Virus record (IMG/VR): IMGVR_UViG_3300010883_007299 | Span: 1-64,000 of that record | From: a virus | Reading direction: 5' to 3' (one strand) | DNA: 64,000 nucleotides | In this document: one piece after another, positions 47,811 to 58,318 of the stretch | Layout of the letters: each line of letters starts with the position of its first letter | Position numbering within the stretch: position 1 is the first letter of the stretch | The notes under the pieces: model-generated | Told to the model about the DNA's origin: nothing | Databases searched by the model: none | What the model saw: only the letters and a program-made list of their open reading frames with translations | Program-made: the position numbers and the translations under genes

Positions 47811-50800
47811 TTATGATACGTTCATTTGTAGATGCCCATTAGCATCAATTTCTAATGTGGCAGCTTCACCAGCGGCAAACCAGAAAGCAGCGTTTCCGAA
47901 AGTAGCTGTTTGTGATGGAACATTATAGTTTGTGGATACAACGTGTGACAATCCACCTGTCTCACTATTATAAACCAATGCAGTAGCCGCAGGAGCGTCA
48001 TACTTATCTGCATATGTTTTATTAACTATATCGGCATCAACTGTCGGCACAATTGCAGTTTGTGTCTGGGCTTCTAGTAAAATCTTACCAGTTCCATTTG
48101 TCTGCACTTTCAAATCACCGTCTGTAACCGTGGTGATAAGAATATTACTATGTAGTTTTAACTGACCAACAAGAATTTCGTTGACTGTCAAGTTGTTACT
48201 ACCACCACCCAACTGGGTCTCAACATACGTTCTAATTGCTTTCTCTGTTACAAGAGCATTATCTGAATTTCCTGACAATGTTCCATCTGTTGAGAATTCT
48301 GAAACTGTAGCCCCAAAACTTCCCAGAGCAACAGATCCCAGTGACAATTCTTGTAGACCTGAAAGGTCAAAACTCTCAGCATTAAGTGTAGCCTTACCTG
48401 TGGCCTGATGTACTTTAAATAGGTCACCAACTCTGTAGTTACCATCTTGGTCAGTCGATGTGTAGAATACTCTACCACGATCTAACTCAACAACTTCATC
48501 GTCAGCATCAGATGCCTGTAATGGTTCTTCAGTCGGATAGTTGGTGTCTGCAAAACTACCAGTACCAATATCCAAGAAGTCATGTCCAGTCATTCTGATG
48601 TTAGAGTACTTATCCCTAAACGTAATGGCTGTATTGTCAGGCGGAGTTAATGACTTTGTTATAAGCGGCGAACACTGAATTGTTGCCTGTCCAAGACCAC
48701 CTGTAACTGCATTGGCCGTAGAACTAACAAACAAGTGTGCTGTTGTATTCGATGATACACCAACATTCACAGTAAGCGTTGTTGCAGCTATTGCTGTGAT
48801 GGACAATGATTTTCCTGATGCAGGATCACTGGCCCTTGGATATGTATGGTTACTACCATGACTATCATGAGCACAAGTAAATGTTAAACTGTTATTTACA
48901 ATCTCTATCGTTTGACCAACTGTCAAAGTGTGTGTTCCAACAGTCAATACTAATACACCTGTTATGGGATCATATGTTGCCGCAGACGGAGTAAACTTCG
49001 ACTGGCCCTGGTAATTAGTAGCTGCAACAACCAAGTAACTTGTATTGCTGTCATGTGCAAACTGAAAACTAGCTCCTTCTTTAGGTGCCTTAGATAGACC
49101 ATCAGCAACAAAACTGTTACCCACTGGGTTGATGTTTGAATAACCATCACCACTTACGGTTCCTGTTGTTGTTGCAGTCTTATATCCTGTACCACCCACA
49201 GTAATAGTTGATTGGCCAATTACTCCATTACCTATTACAGGAGTTGCAGTTCCTAATGTTGTTGCATTGGGGTCAGTAATTATTGCTGTTGGTGCAGAAC
49301 TATATCCTGCTCCGGTATCAAGAATAAAGATTTTCTGAATCTTCGATGATTTAACCGACACTCTAGCCAAAGCAGTTCTAGTAGGTGAACCACCGCCTGT
49401 AAAATGAATTCGTGGTTCAATTTCATAAGTCGTTGTGGCATTTAGTGATGTCTCAGCAGATGATCTGCCTCCAAAATAATCCCAACCAGAACTTGCAACT
49501 TCATTAACCATTGTACAGACTTTAGTTGATCCGTTATGGGCCTGAATAACGCCTGTCTGACCACAACCAGTACCATCGGTAATAGTCAATCTCATTCCAT
49601 TATAGAAACCAGTTACATTTGTATCTGACAGAGCAAGAGTAATAGTTGTTGCAGTACCAGTCTGAGCAGATGATGTAGTTGTTATATGGTTCTCACCAAC
49701 TGTTGTAACATCAACGTGTCTAACACCACCATCATTGATAGCAAGTGTAGCAGCCCCACTAGCGCCTGCACCCGAAAATGCGATTGTAGCGGTTTCTATA
49801 GTAGCAACATTAAATGTTAGTGCAGGTGCACCGCCGCCTCCCAACTGAGAGTCGTTGATACTAATTGTATCAGCTGCGACATGAGCATCACCACCACTAA
49901 TTAGGAGATGAGCCGTTACTTGACCAGAACTACCAATATCTATATTAACTATTAAGCCAGTACCAGAACCTGTTGTAGCGTCTTGAGTACAAGCAACATA
50001 AGAACCTTGAGTTCGTGAAGCGTGAGCCGCACCAAAAGTACCTAGTGTAGCGCCAACGCCATGGTTATAATTATTACCAGCGTATTCAAATTCGATTCTC
50101 TGTATAGCACCTGTGCCTGCAGTATTATGTCCTGCAAGTACTCGTCCCACTACAGCCTGTTGGCTTAAGTTATTAACAGTACCTGTTGCAGGTACTTCAA
50201 GTGGGTCTACACCAGAAGATACAGCTCCGTATTCTCCGTATGAGTTATTACAGTTTGCAGCTCGAATTGTACCACCCGAATCTGCAAGGTAACCCATGTG
50301 ACAGTAGTATGTAAATACAGAAACAATTTCTGATCTACCAGCATTTTTCATCCATACGCCAACACCATCGTCACATATTTGTGTGAAGTCATTAGAAAGA
50401 ATAGAATCATAACCCATGGGTTGTAATCCACCATCGACTTTAATACCTACAGCGCCCGAATAACTAACGTGTACTGCGTTCTGAACAAACGGTGACTGTA
50501 GATAAACAAGTCCGTTTGGATTAAGAGCAACAGCAACACCAGACCTTGTAGCGCCTGCTGTTTCTGTCGGTCGTTGTAGACCATCAGATGAAGCAGAAGC
50601 CAACTGACCGATAAGACCATTCATGGACACGCCACGAATAGTAGTCTTTTCGGTCATCTGGAACATATCAGAACGGTTGTTAGGTGTTGTACTATCGTCA
50701 GAAGTTCCTGGTCCAGGCCTGACTGTAACACTTCTCATCTCATCACCCATAACAGCAACACCTTCTGGTATTGCCATGGGTAACTGTTCGTCATATGTAC

Positions 50801-52916
50801 CTGACTTGATAAACAAAGTACGACTCGGCATGATTGGCAATGATCGGGCAGGCAATGTACTTAAATTACTTACCAAAGCATTTGTTTCAATCAACACATG
50901 AGCGGTGATGAATTCATCAGCCGCACCCTCAGCATTATTACCAGTCGTTGTCTGTGTAGTAATTACTGGTGACTGTAATGAACTATAAGCTGAATTTGTA
51001 AAGATGTAATTATTAATAACATCTCTTAATTTATTATGAATATCAACCTCGACCTGTCGAGCATTGTTATTTGCAGTAGCGCCGCCACCCTTATATGTAT
51101 CACCACTTGGGCCGCCGACGTATGTATCATTCGCCCAGAACATATGAGTAAAAGCTCGAATCCAACAGTTACCACCATAAGTCATATCGTGGTCTAGAGC
51201 ATCAATCATATAACCAATGTCTCTTTCGCACTTGGCGACATCGTATGTAAATCCGTACCAGATTGAACCTGAGGTAGATGCGTTAATAGCAACTTGCTGT
51301 GCAGCATAAGCAACCATTTCATCTTTCAACCACTCTTTATTAGCGCTCAACAAGGCGTGTGCATATGCTGGAACACCACCCTTAATAGCATTTGAAGTAG
51401 CACTAACAAATGTATGTGCATGAGTAATAGGTGCAACACCGACATTTATTGTAATTGTTGTTGCCGATACGGCATCAACAGCGATAGGTTTATTATAATG
51501 CGGATCAGTTGATCTCGGATATGAATGGTTTGAAGCATGACTATCTTGAGCACAAGTAAATGTTACAGCGCCTGAGTCCATTGTAATGTAAGAACCAGCA
51601 AGTATACTATGTGATCCTACAGTCAATTCCATAACACCAGATGTAGGTTCGTATGTTGCACCTGTTGTTGTAAGGAATGTTAAAGGATTACATTGTGCAG
51701 CCGCTTCTAATCGTACTAGGGCATACTTAATCGTAAGCCAAGGTTTGTCTAAAGAAGTTCCTCGTCCAGTTTGGGTATCATCTAAGCCGTTTTTGCTAAC
51801 ATAAAATATGTTAGGAACAACGCCCGAATATCCCCATTCAGGATCAAGACCCTCAGCATTAACTTTAAGTACTTGTCCTGAAGGACCTATCGGCAAACGA
51901 AAGTTAGCAGTAGCATTTCTGGAGAGTATATCACCCCGTGTGGATAATACTGCCGCAGAATCACCTTCAGCAACTAGGTCCCAATATACGCCAGCGGCAT
52001 CTGTTACTGGATCATTGGTTGCAGATGCAGAGGTGTGAGTTAATTTACAACGATATGAATTAGCAATGTGACCGACAACATCACCAGGACTATATACTGT
52101 AGCATTGGACCATGCATCTTTCCATGTCAAGCCTTCTACAACGAGTTCCCAATGTGTCGTCGAGTCTGGTGCATTACCTGTAGTATCAATCTTGGCGGCA
52201 AAAGAGTGGCCACCGTAGATTACTAAATCGCCCGGATTATAAGCCGTAGCGTTGTTATATGCACCTTTCTGTTTAAATCCTGTAGATAAAATATCCCAAT
52301 CTAGGGTATTGTTATAAGGAACAACACCAATATTCTGTCTTATCGCAACATAGTTATAACCGCCGTAGGTTACAACATCACCCTGTTGGTAGTTTGAGCC
52401 CACTACCCACGAATCTTCAAATTCTAAACCTGAAGCAAATAGTGCCCAGTTAGCATCTGTTAATGTGGCTCCACCAGTATGTTGTGTTGTACAAATGTAA
52501 GTTGAGGGACCATACTTAACTACATCATTAAGTTTATATGCGGTAGCATTTGCATAGTTACCTTTCCATGCAAAACCAGAGTTATACTCTGTCCATTTTG
52601 CTGTATCGTCATATAGACTAGCCTGTGATGTATGACCAGTATTACAAATATAATTCTTACCACCCCAAGATACTACTTCATCTACTTTGTAATACGTTGT
52701 TCCACCCCAAGCGCCTTTAAATTCTTGACCACTTGTAAACTTTTCAGTTTTACTAGCGGCAAGGTCTACATAAAAGTCCGCGTTGGCGGTATGGTTCTCT
52801 TTTACGACATAAACGTTACCACCGTACTTTACACAATCGTCTTTGATGTATACAGTACCGGTAACCCAGTCGCCTTTAAAATGGAATCTTAGTCTTCCTA
52901 ATACAAAATCTGCCAT
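47811..52916 (-). CDS. Large tail fibre/spike with chitin-binding-like repeats and a pectin-lyase-like beta-helix
   Basis: Multiple W...T.Y...D.V.YGG..Y repeats; FYVSKNG.D...KPWLTIKYA and IKSGTYDEQLP...GDEMRSV.VRP. Confidence 0.8.
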   Translation of the reverse strand: MADFVLGRLRFHFKGDWVTGTVYIKDDCVKYGGNVYVVKENHTANADFYVDLAASKTEKFTSGQEFKGAWGGTTYYKVDEVVSWGGKNYICNTGHTSQASLYDDTAKWTEYNSGFAWKGNYANATAYKLNDVVKYGPSTYICTTQHTGGATLTDANWALFASGLEFEDSWVVGSNYQQGDVVTYGGYNYVAIRQNIGVVPYNNTLDWDILSTGFKQKGAYNNATAYNPGDLVIYGGHSFAAKIDTTGNAPDSTTHWELVVEGLTWKDAWSNATVYSPGDVVGHIANSYRCKLTHTSASATNDPVTDAAGVYWDLVAEGDSAAVLSTRGDILSRNATANFRLPIGPSGQVLKVNAEGLDPEWGYSGVVPNIFYVSKNGLDDTQTGRGTSLDKPWLTIKYALVRLEAAAQCNPLTFLTTTGATYEPTSGVMELTVGSHSILAGSYITMDSGAVTFTCAQDSHASNHSYPRSTDPHYNKPIAVDAVSATTITINVGVAPITHAHTFVSATSNAIKGGVPAYAHALLSANKEWLKDEMVAYAAQQVAINASTSGSIWYGFTYDVAKCERDIGYMIDALDHDMTYGGNCWIRAFTHMFWANDTYVGGPSGDTYKGGGATANNNARQVEVDIHNKLRDVINNYIFTNSAYSSLQSPVITTQTTTGNNAEGAADEFITAHVLIETNALVSNLSTLPARSLPIMPSRTLFIKSGTYDEQLPMAIPEGVAVMGDEMRSVTVRPGPGTSDDSTTPNNRSDMFQMTEKTTIRGVSMNGLIGQLASASSDGLQRPTETAGATRSGVAVALNPNGLVYLQSPFVQNAVHVSYSGAVGIKVDGGLQPMGYDSILSNDFTQICDDGVGVWMKNAGRSEIVSVFTYYCHMGYLADSGGTIRAANCNNSYGEYGAVSSGVDPLEVPATGTVNNLSQQAVVGRVLAGHNTAGTGAIQRIEFEYAGNNYNHGVGATLGTFGAAHASRTQGSYVACTQDATTGSGTGLIVNIDIGSSGQVTAHLLISGGDAHVAADTISINDSQLGGGGAPALTFNVATIETATIAFSGAGASGAATLAINDGGVRHVDVTTVGENHITTTSSAQTGTATTITLALSDTNVTGFYNGMRLTITDGTGCGQTGVIQAHNGSTKVCTMVNEVASSGWDYFGGRSSAETSLNATTTYEIEPRIHFTGGGSPTRTALARVSVKSSKIQKIFILDTGAGYSSAPTAIITDPNATTLGTATPVIGNGVIGQSTITVGGTGYKTATTTGTVSGDGYSNINPVGNSFVADGLSKAPKEGASFQFAHDSNTSYLVVAATNYQGQSKFTPSAATYDPITGVLVLTVGTHTLTVGQTIEIVNNSLTFTCAHDSHGSNHTYPRASDPASGKSLSITAIAATTLTVNVGVSSNTTAHLFVSSTANAVTGGLGQATIQCSPLITKSLTPPDNTAITFRDKYSNIRMTGHDFLDIGTGSFADTNYPTEEPLQASDADDEVVELDRGRVFYTSTDQDGNYRVGDLFKVHQATGKATLNAESFDLSGLQELSLGSVALGSFGATVSEFSTDGTLSGNSDNALVTEKAIRTYVETQLGGGSNNLTVNEILVGQLKLHSNILITTVTDGDLKVQTNGTGKILLEAQTQTAIVPTVDADIVNKTYADKYDAPAATALVYNSETGGLSHVVSTNYNVPSQTATFGNAAFWFAAGEAATLEIDANGHLQMNVS

Positions 52917-52920
52917 TGTT

Positions 52921-53349
52921 TTATCCTATCCAGTTTTCTGTAGCGCCGTCTTGAGCAGCGGCATATGTAAAGTTATGTTGATATCGAGCTACGATATTTC
53001 CATCACTGTTCAAAAAGTATGTTAATTTGTTCTTATCAAATCTCATTTGTTCATAAGCCCTATCACCAGAATTTGTCTGATGTTGTAATCTTCCTGACTC
53101 ATATAGGCCATATTGTGATTCGTTTATATTATTATTGCCTGCGTCCGTATTTGTTTCTAATTCTTCTATACCGCCGAACGCATATCCTTCCCCACTATTT
53201 ATCGAAATTGCATCTGTACCATTAAAGTAAACTTTCTTATATGTAAGCAATCCCGTATCATCTCTATGCAAAACATGAAGTGCATATTCATCCGTAATAT
53301 CTTTTTCTCGGCTCTCATCTCGAGCCGCAGCACTAATTAGCATCGGCAT
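52921..53349 (-). CDS. Hypothetical virion protein
   Basis: Tightly packed in the late fibre operon. Confidence 0.6.
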   Translation of the reverse strand: MPMLISAAARDESREKDITDEYALHVLHRDDTGLLTYKKVYFNGTDAISINSGEGYAFGGIEELETNTDAGNNNINESQYGLYESGRLQHQTNSGDRAYEQMRFDKNKLTYFLNSDGNIVARYQHNFTYAAAQDGATENWIG

Positions 53350-53687
53350 TAGCTAACCTCCAATACACTTAAAAAACATTCTAGGTGGTTGACATCTCCA
53401 ACAACTCTTATTTTATCCCCAGCCCCCAAATTAACTGGCTTATCCAGTATCAAAGTATTTTGAGCTGCAATCTCTAAAGATTTACCTATATGTCTAAACG
53501 TTGTACCACCATCTACTGTTACTTTAACATCAACATTACCCACACTTGATAAATCTAAATTTGAAATATAAACAGCGTGCAATATAGCTCTAGAAGATGT
53601 CGGACTTGCTGGACAAGTATAGATATCCGCTGTACTGTTATCTATCTGTGCTACTGCCGCACCTGCGTTTTTAAAATTACTTGCCAT
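53349..53687 (-). CDS. Small virion structural protein
   Basis: MASNFKN...IYTCP...KPVNL..GDKI pattern typical of phage structural ORFs. Confidence 0.65.
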   Translation of the reverse strand: MASNFKNAGAAVAQIDNSTADIYTCPASPTSSRAILHAVYISNLDLSSVGNVDVKVTVDGGTTFRHIGKSLEIAAQNTLILDKPVNLGAGDKIRVVGDVNHLECFLSVLEVS

Positions 53688-53690
53688 ATA

Positions 53691-54065
53691 TTATAACGCA
53701 ATAGCAAATGCTATTATGTCTCCATCAGTAGCTAATGTTCCATCTGCATTAGGTAAGGTTAATACTCTATCAACATCTGGATCTTGGACAGTAAGTGTTA
53801 GCTCTGCCGCATCAGGTGTTGAACCTTCAAACACTATATTTGAACCATCTAAATGTATATCATTTGAAGTTGAATTGTTTGCTTGTGTTACATCATGGAG
53901 TGTGACACCAACCGCACCACCGACTTCCTTGATGTTATTACTACTATCTTTAATATAGAGTTTTTGGTCAGCGGTATTGATTGCAATTTCGCCAACTTCT
54001 AAATCACCAGTACCAGGAGGGGTACTAGCAATTTCGTTACGTTTTACCTTGATTACTTGAGGCAT
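53691..54065 (-). CDS. Short fibre-type protein
   Basis: IKVKR...DLEVGEIAINTADQKLYIKD N-terminus (T4 gp34-like); LTLPNADGTLAT. Confidence 0.7.
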   Translation of the reverse strand: MPQVIKVKRNEIASTPPGTGDLEVGEIAINTADQKLYIKDSSNNIKEVGGAVGVTLHDVTQANNSTSNDIHLDGSNIVFEGSTPDAAELTLTVQDPDVDRVLTLPNADGTLATDGDIIAFAIAL

Positions 54066-54093
54066 AAATTACCCTCTATGGTTATTATATATC

Positions 54094-54138
54094 TATTTAT
54101 ACAAAAAACCATCTTATCCACTGGTTTATTTATAAATA
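54094..54138. promoter_or_regulatory. Late promoters, including bidirectional palindrome TATTTATAAATA
   Basis: TATAAATA on - at 54101-54094 and 54134-54127, and on + at 54131-54138. Confidence 0.75.
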
Positions 54139-54143
54139 CTTTC

Positions 54144-54299
54144 ATGTCACAAAAATTAAAACAAAGTAGGCGTGTAGGAAAGAAACTTATAATAGTAATG
54201 CCGGCCAGTTCAGCTGAACGTCACAATGGATGGCCACCAGATAGACAATCTCGTAAGAAAGAACCAAAATTAAAAATACTATTTAAACATATCAAATAA
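54144..54299 (+). CDS. 51-aa Lys/Arg-rich peptide
   Basis: MSQKLKQSRRVGKKLIIVMPASSAERHNGWPPDRQSRKKEPKLKILFKHIK; ATG 5 nt after TATAAATA. Confidence 0.5.
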   Translation: MSQKLKQSRRVGKKLIIVMPASSAERHNGWPPDRQSRKKEPKLKILFKHIK

Positions 54300-56288
54300 C
54301 AATGGATCTCCTCTTTTAAATGTTGTTGCTATTACATCTCTAATATATGTTTCAGTTCGTTTGTCTCCACTATAATCTAACCATTTAAATTTAGATAACG
54401 TAGATGCATGATTGCCTGTCGTTTGCAATATGTCTTTAGAAACCTTTATTCTCTCAGGTTCATCCATTGGTTCGCTCCACCAATTAGATTTTGCTACTTT
54501 AAAATACTCTTGCCAATCATGTTCCATGGTAAATACAAACCCTTTAGTATAATCGTAATCCGGGGTTACTATTAAATCTAGATTAAATTTCATTATACTA
54601 TATAAGTTTTTTACGTCATAAGTATTTCGCATATATTGTTTTAATTCTTTTCTATATTCTGCAAAGTTAAGTAACAATAAAATTGTAATATATTCTTCAA
54701 CATCGTACATAGGTTTTAATGTTGGCACTTCTTCAACTTCATATTCCCAAAACCAATCATTTTCCAAATCAAATATAAAGTTATTGATATGTTCATTTAT
54801 TTTTGAATATATAGAATATACTGTGGGATATTTTGGATTCATAAAAAAGTTATTATGAAAATCTCTATAAAAATCTTCATATGATATATTGTGTGTGAGC
54901 TTTAAATAAATCGAAATGTATCGTGTAAATCCAAATCCATGAAAACTTCTTATCATAGCTGAAAAATTATATATATCTATATAATCTAATCTACTATATG
55001 TAGAAGTAGATATAACAAATTCGCCTGACGAGGTTACCTCTTTTGGATTATCTTTCTTTCGGCGTCGTTGTTGTGGGTGTCGTTCTATTGTTTCTATCTG
55101 CCATTTCTTTTTATAAGCTGGTTCATTGGCTGGTGAATTTGGTAAAATTTGGAAATGAAATACTATAAAGTTTTCTAGTATACCTTCATTCATTACATCA
55201 AAAAAGTTTTGTTGCCATCTATCATAATTATCTCCTGGCAGTCCCATTATAAAACAAGATTCAATAGGTATATTGTGATTACCAGTTTCTTTTGCTAATT
55301 TAATTAGTTCTTTATGAGGAATATTTTTCCGGTCAATAGCTTTTAATACAACATCGGATGTTGATTGTAAAGGTAATACACAAGTGGTTAACATCTCAGC
55401 GTCCCTAGCAATTTTTAATATTTCTTTTGTATAGTCCAATTTAGTTTTAGTGTGTTGTAAAAAAATTCTTGGTGGGTAACCACTCCTTTCTTTAACTTCT
55501 GCCATCTTGGATGTTATGTCTATATCTCTAGGAAAAATTCCAAAGTTAGCATTAATAACATCTATGAATCCAATGCCAGCTTCCCCAGCAAACTCTATAT
55601 CTTTATACACCACTTCTAAAGGAATCTTTCTAATTTTTTGTAGAGTAGCACTACCCCAATCACAGAATGTACAACCAAATGGACAACCCCTATCACTTTC
55701 TAACATGAGAGCAGTATTGTCTGAACTATGACAAAACTTTTTACTATCATGTGCAAGTTCCATAAATTCTTCAGCATAATCATGGAAATATGATTTAGTA
55801 AACTCTTTTTTTAATATTGGCATACCAGTATCACCACCATTCTTTAAAACCAATCCAGGAATATCCTCAAAATCCATAGTGCCTAATACAACTTCTTCAA
55901 CTATTCTAGGAAAGGAATACTCACCTTCATGTTTAACAACAATATCTATTTGTGGATTTTTATAGAAAAACTCTATGTCTCTGTAATAAGGTTCTGGTCC
56001 TCCTACAACGACAAGACAATTCGGGTTTTCTTTTTTTATTTCGGCTGCTAGATTATAATTAGTTTCCCTGTTCCAGGTATAAACAGAACAAGCAAAAATG
56101 TTTAGATTTTTTAAATCATATCTAGATAATTTAATATGGTTCTTCCTATAGTATATCGGTTTATACCAATTAACTTCATCACCCAAACCAGGAACATCAT
56201 CAACAGACCCTTTAAGAATTCCATGTATATATGGTAGATATTCAAAAGAGGTATATGAACATGGATTACTATATAATATATCAATCAT
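54279..56288 (-). CDS. Cobalamin-binding radical SAM enzyme (class B methyltransferase-like)
   Basis: B12-binding-type N-domain (SVYTWN, VVVGGPE, EGE) followed by RGCPFGCTFCDWG. Confidence 0.88.
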   Translation of the reverse strand: MIDILYSNPCSYTSFEYLPYIHGILKGSVDDVPGLGDEVNWYKPIYYRKNHIKLSRYDLKNLNIFACSVYTWNRETNYNLAAEIKKENPNCLVVVGGPEPYYRDIEFFYKNPQIDIVVKHEGEYSFPRIVEEVVLGTMDFEDIPGLVLKNGGDTGMPILKKEFTKSYFHDYAEEFMELAHDSKKFCHSSDNTALMLESDRGCPFGCTFCDWGSATLQKIRKIPLEVVYKDIEFAGEAGIGFIDVINANFGIFPRDIDITSKMAEVKERSGYPPRIFLQHTKTKLDYTKEILKIARDAEMLTTCVLPLQSTSDVVLKAIDRKNIPHKELIKLAKETGNHNIPIESCFIMGLPGDNYDRWQQNFFDVMNEGILENFIVFHFQILPNSPANEPAYKKKWQIETIERHPQQRRRKKDNPKEVTSSGEFVISTSTYSRLDYIDIYNFSAMIRSFHGFGFTRYISIYLKLTHNISYEDFYRDFHNNFFMNPKYPTVYSIYSKINEHINNFIFDLENDWFWEYEVEEVPTLKPMYDVEEYITILLLLNFAEYRKELKQYMRNTYDVKNLYSIMKFNLDLIVTPDYDYTKGFVFTMEHDWQEYFKVAKSNWWSEPMDEPERIKVSKDILQTTGNHASTLSKFKWLDYSGDKRTETYIRDVIATTFKRGDPLLFDMFK

Positions 56289-56943
56289 TGATTAGGGCCT
56301 CGTATTCTTTTTTTAATAACTCTGATTTATTTAAATCTATTTTCTGTAATCTTTTAAACTGTTCTAGTTTAGCTTGGTCGTTAGTACCTTTTATTTTTTC
56401 AAATAAATGTAAAGTAAATCGGTTAGCTTTCTGAAAATCTGATGAGAGCCAATCTTTACCAGTAACATATGTTCTACATTCAACAAATCCACATTGACAA
56501 TTTTCAAATTGCAGAACATCATCGTCATGTATAGTACCATAGTCTACAGATAGTTCCTCATCCTTTTTAATATTTGTTAGTGTTTTAATACACATTTGTC
56601 CACTAACATAGCAATTAGGTTTACAAGTATGATTGATAGTAGCGGCATATTTATCCGTACCCATTTGTAATAACATATGATTAGGATCAATCTGAACACC
56701 AGTTGCAAAGTTCCATCTTGATTTAACAGCGTTATATTCTTCAACTGTAAGTACTATACCACCTGCTAATACAACTGTTTCTCCAGCACCTATATCTTCT
56801 ATAGCAAATCTACCATTGCCTGCATTAGGAATTAATGATGGCCTTACTTCTGTTTGTGGTGACATCCAAGATAGACCAATTGGATTTTTATCCAACCAAT
56901 CAATCAATTCGTTTATTCTGGAAATTTTCATATAAGTGTTCAT
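56281..56943 (-). CDS. SET-domain lysine methyltransferase with post-SET motif
   Basis: AGNGRFA, INHTCKPN, EELSVDY, post-SET CQCGFVEC. Confidence 0.9.
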   Translation of the reverse strand: MNTYMKISRINELIDWLDKNPIGLSWMSPQTEVRPSLIPNAGNGRFAIEDIGAGETVVLAGGIVLTVEEYNAVKSRWNFATGVQIDPNHMLLQMGTDKYAATINHTCKPNCYVSGQMCIKTLTNIKKDEELSVDYGTIHDDDVLQFENCQCGFVECRTYVTGKDWLSSDFQKANRFTLHLFEKIKGTNDQAKLEQFKRLQKIDLNKSELLKKEYEALIND

Positions 56944-57889
56944 ACCCTATTGTTAAAGTTTTCACTTGTTCATCATAATCTGTCCAAAGTTCTTGAACAT
57001 TTCCCCAATGCGCTTGGAATTCGGTTCGCAGTTCATGTTCCAACTGCATCTCTGGTTTTGGGATATATTCAAATCCAGTATAGTCTGTATACCATCTTCC
57101 TTTACGGCACCAACTTACAATTCTAGGACGTGGTTTTAAATTAGGGAAATGTGATATGTACATTTCATTTTTATTATACTGCATGGCAACATCAGTATGT
57201 TCTATGTTATTAGCAAATTTAATTGTTTCCCAATCTAAAAATTGACTAGTCTTTAACTCTGGTGTATATTTAAAAAACGACCCAGCACCATTTCTATTTT
57301 TATGTCTCAAATATCGTTCTTGACATCTTAATATTTCTGTATCTATATTCCAAGATTTGGTTGCTATTTTTTTATTTCTATTTAAATCAGCTTCTCCATA
57401 TCCAATTACAGGAAAACCATCAACTAGTTCCATTGCCCATGGAAGAATACAAAATTGAGGAGTCCAAGATTGTATTAACGATCCAATATCCCATGCTTCA
57501 TTTTCTAAAAATTTCATATAATCTAAATCTAGAATAAGTGGTTCTATATTATATTCATCACACCACTCTACAGCAAATTTCATATCATGCCAATTCCAAG
57601 AATCAGTCAATCTAATAATAACTATTTTAAAAGGCACACCCGATAATCTAAATGATTCTGCTACTACAGCAGAGTCCATACCTCCACTAAAATAGATAGT
57701 GGGTATTTCTCCGTTAGCTTCATCATATATAAGTTTTGCTGTTGCTATACATTCTTCACGCCAAGGTAATGGTTCTCTAGTTAATCTTCCATACCTTACA
57801 AAAAATTCATCACTATCCTTTTCACGAAATGAAAATGGAATATCATTATAACCCCATACAAATGTATTTCTATAATTCACGAAAGACAT
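56900..57889 (-). CDS. PP-loop (adenine nucleotide alpha-hydrolase-like) protein
   Basis: YFSGGMDS motif. Confidence 0.6.
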   Translation of the reverse strand: MSFVNYRNTFVWGYNDIPFSFREKDSDEFFVRYGRLTREPLPWREECIATAKLIYDEANGEIPTIYFSGGMDSAVVAESFRLSGVPFKIVIIRLTDSWNWHDMKFAVEWCDEYNIEPLILDLDYMKFLENEAWDIGSLIQSWTPQFCILPWAMELVDGFPVIGYGEADLNRNKKIATKSWNIDTEILRCQERYLRHKNRNGAGSFFKYTPELKTSQFLDWETIKFANNIEHTDVAMQYNKNEMYISHFPNLKPRPRIVSWCRKGRWYTDYTGFEYIPKPEMQLEHELRTEFQAHWGNVQELWTDYDEQVKTLTIGYEHLYENFQNKRID

Positions 57890-58316
57890 AACAATTTACT
57901 CCCCAATCAGCCTGTTCAAATTCAGACTCTTTAGTAAATCCAGCTCGAATATATAAAGGCAGTACTGCTTCGTTAGGATAACCCCACACACCATCGCCAC
58001 CTAAATCTTTTGCTGTTTGTATTGTTTGATCCAATAACAATTTGCCAAAACCTTTGCGTCTATATTCTGACAAAACATAAAATGATCGAACACGATATAG
58101 GTTATTAGGAGTTAAATATACACTGAGAGTACCGCAAAGTTTAAATCCTATATACACTCCAAAGAATGTTACCTTTACTTCATCGTCAGATAAAGTCCAC
58201 TTTGCATCTTTTTTGTAACTCATTTTTGCATATTTTTTATGTTCTCTGCCAGGATGTAATAACTCTATCAATGGTAATGTATCTTTAAACTCCACTGTCC
58301 TCATGTCATAATTCAT
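57870..58316 (-). CDS. GNAT acetyltransferase
   Basis: FYVLSEYRRKGFGKLLL acetyl-CoA motif and LYIRAGF. Likely start 58316. Confidence 0.88.
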   Translation of the reverse strand: MNYDMRTVEFKDTLPLIELLHPGREHKKYAKMSYKKDAKWTLSDDEVKVTFFGVYIGFKLCGTLSVYLTPNNLYRVRSFYVLSEYRRKGFGKLLLDQTIQTAKDLGGDGVWGYPNEAVLPLYIRAGFTKESEFEQADWGVNCYVFREL

Positions 58317-58318
58317 AG

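Noticed and set aside
54057-54143. Longer 80-aa version of the basic + strand ORF
   Set aside because: The upstream TTG start lies before the late promoter and overlaps the divergent gene; ATG 54144 fits better.
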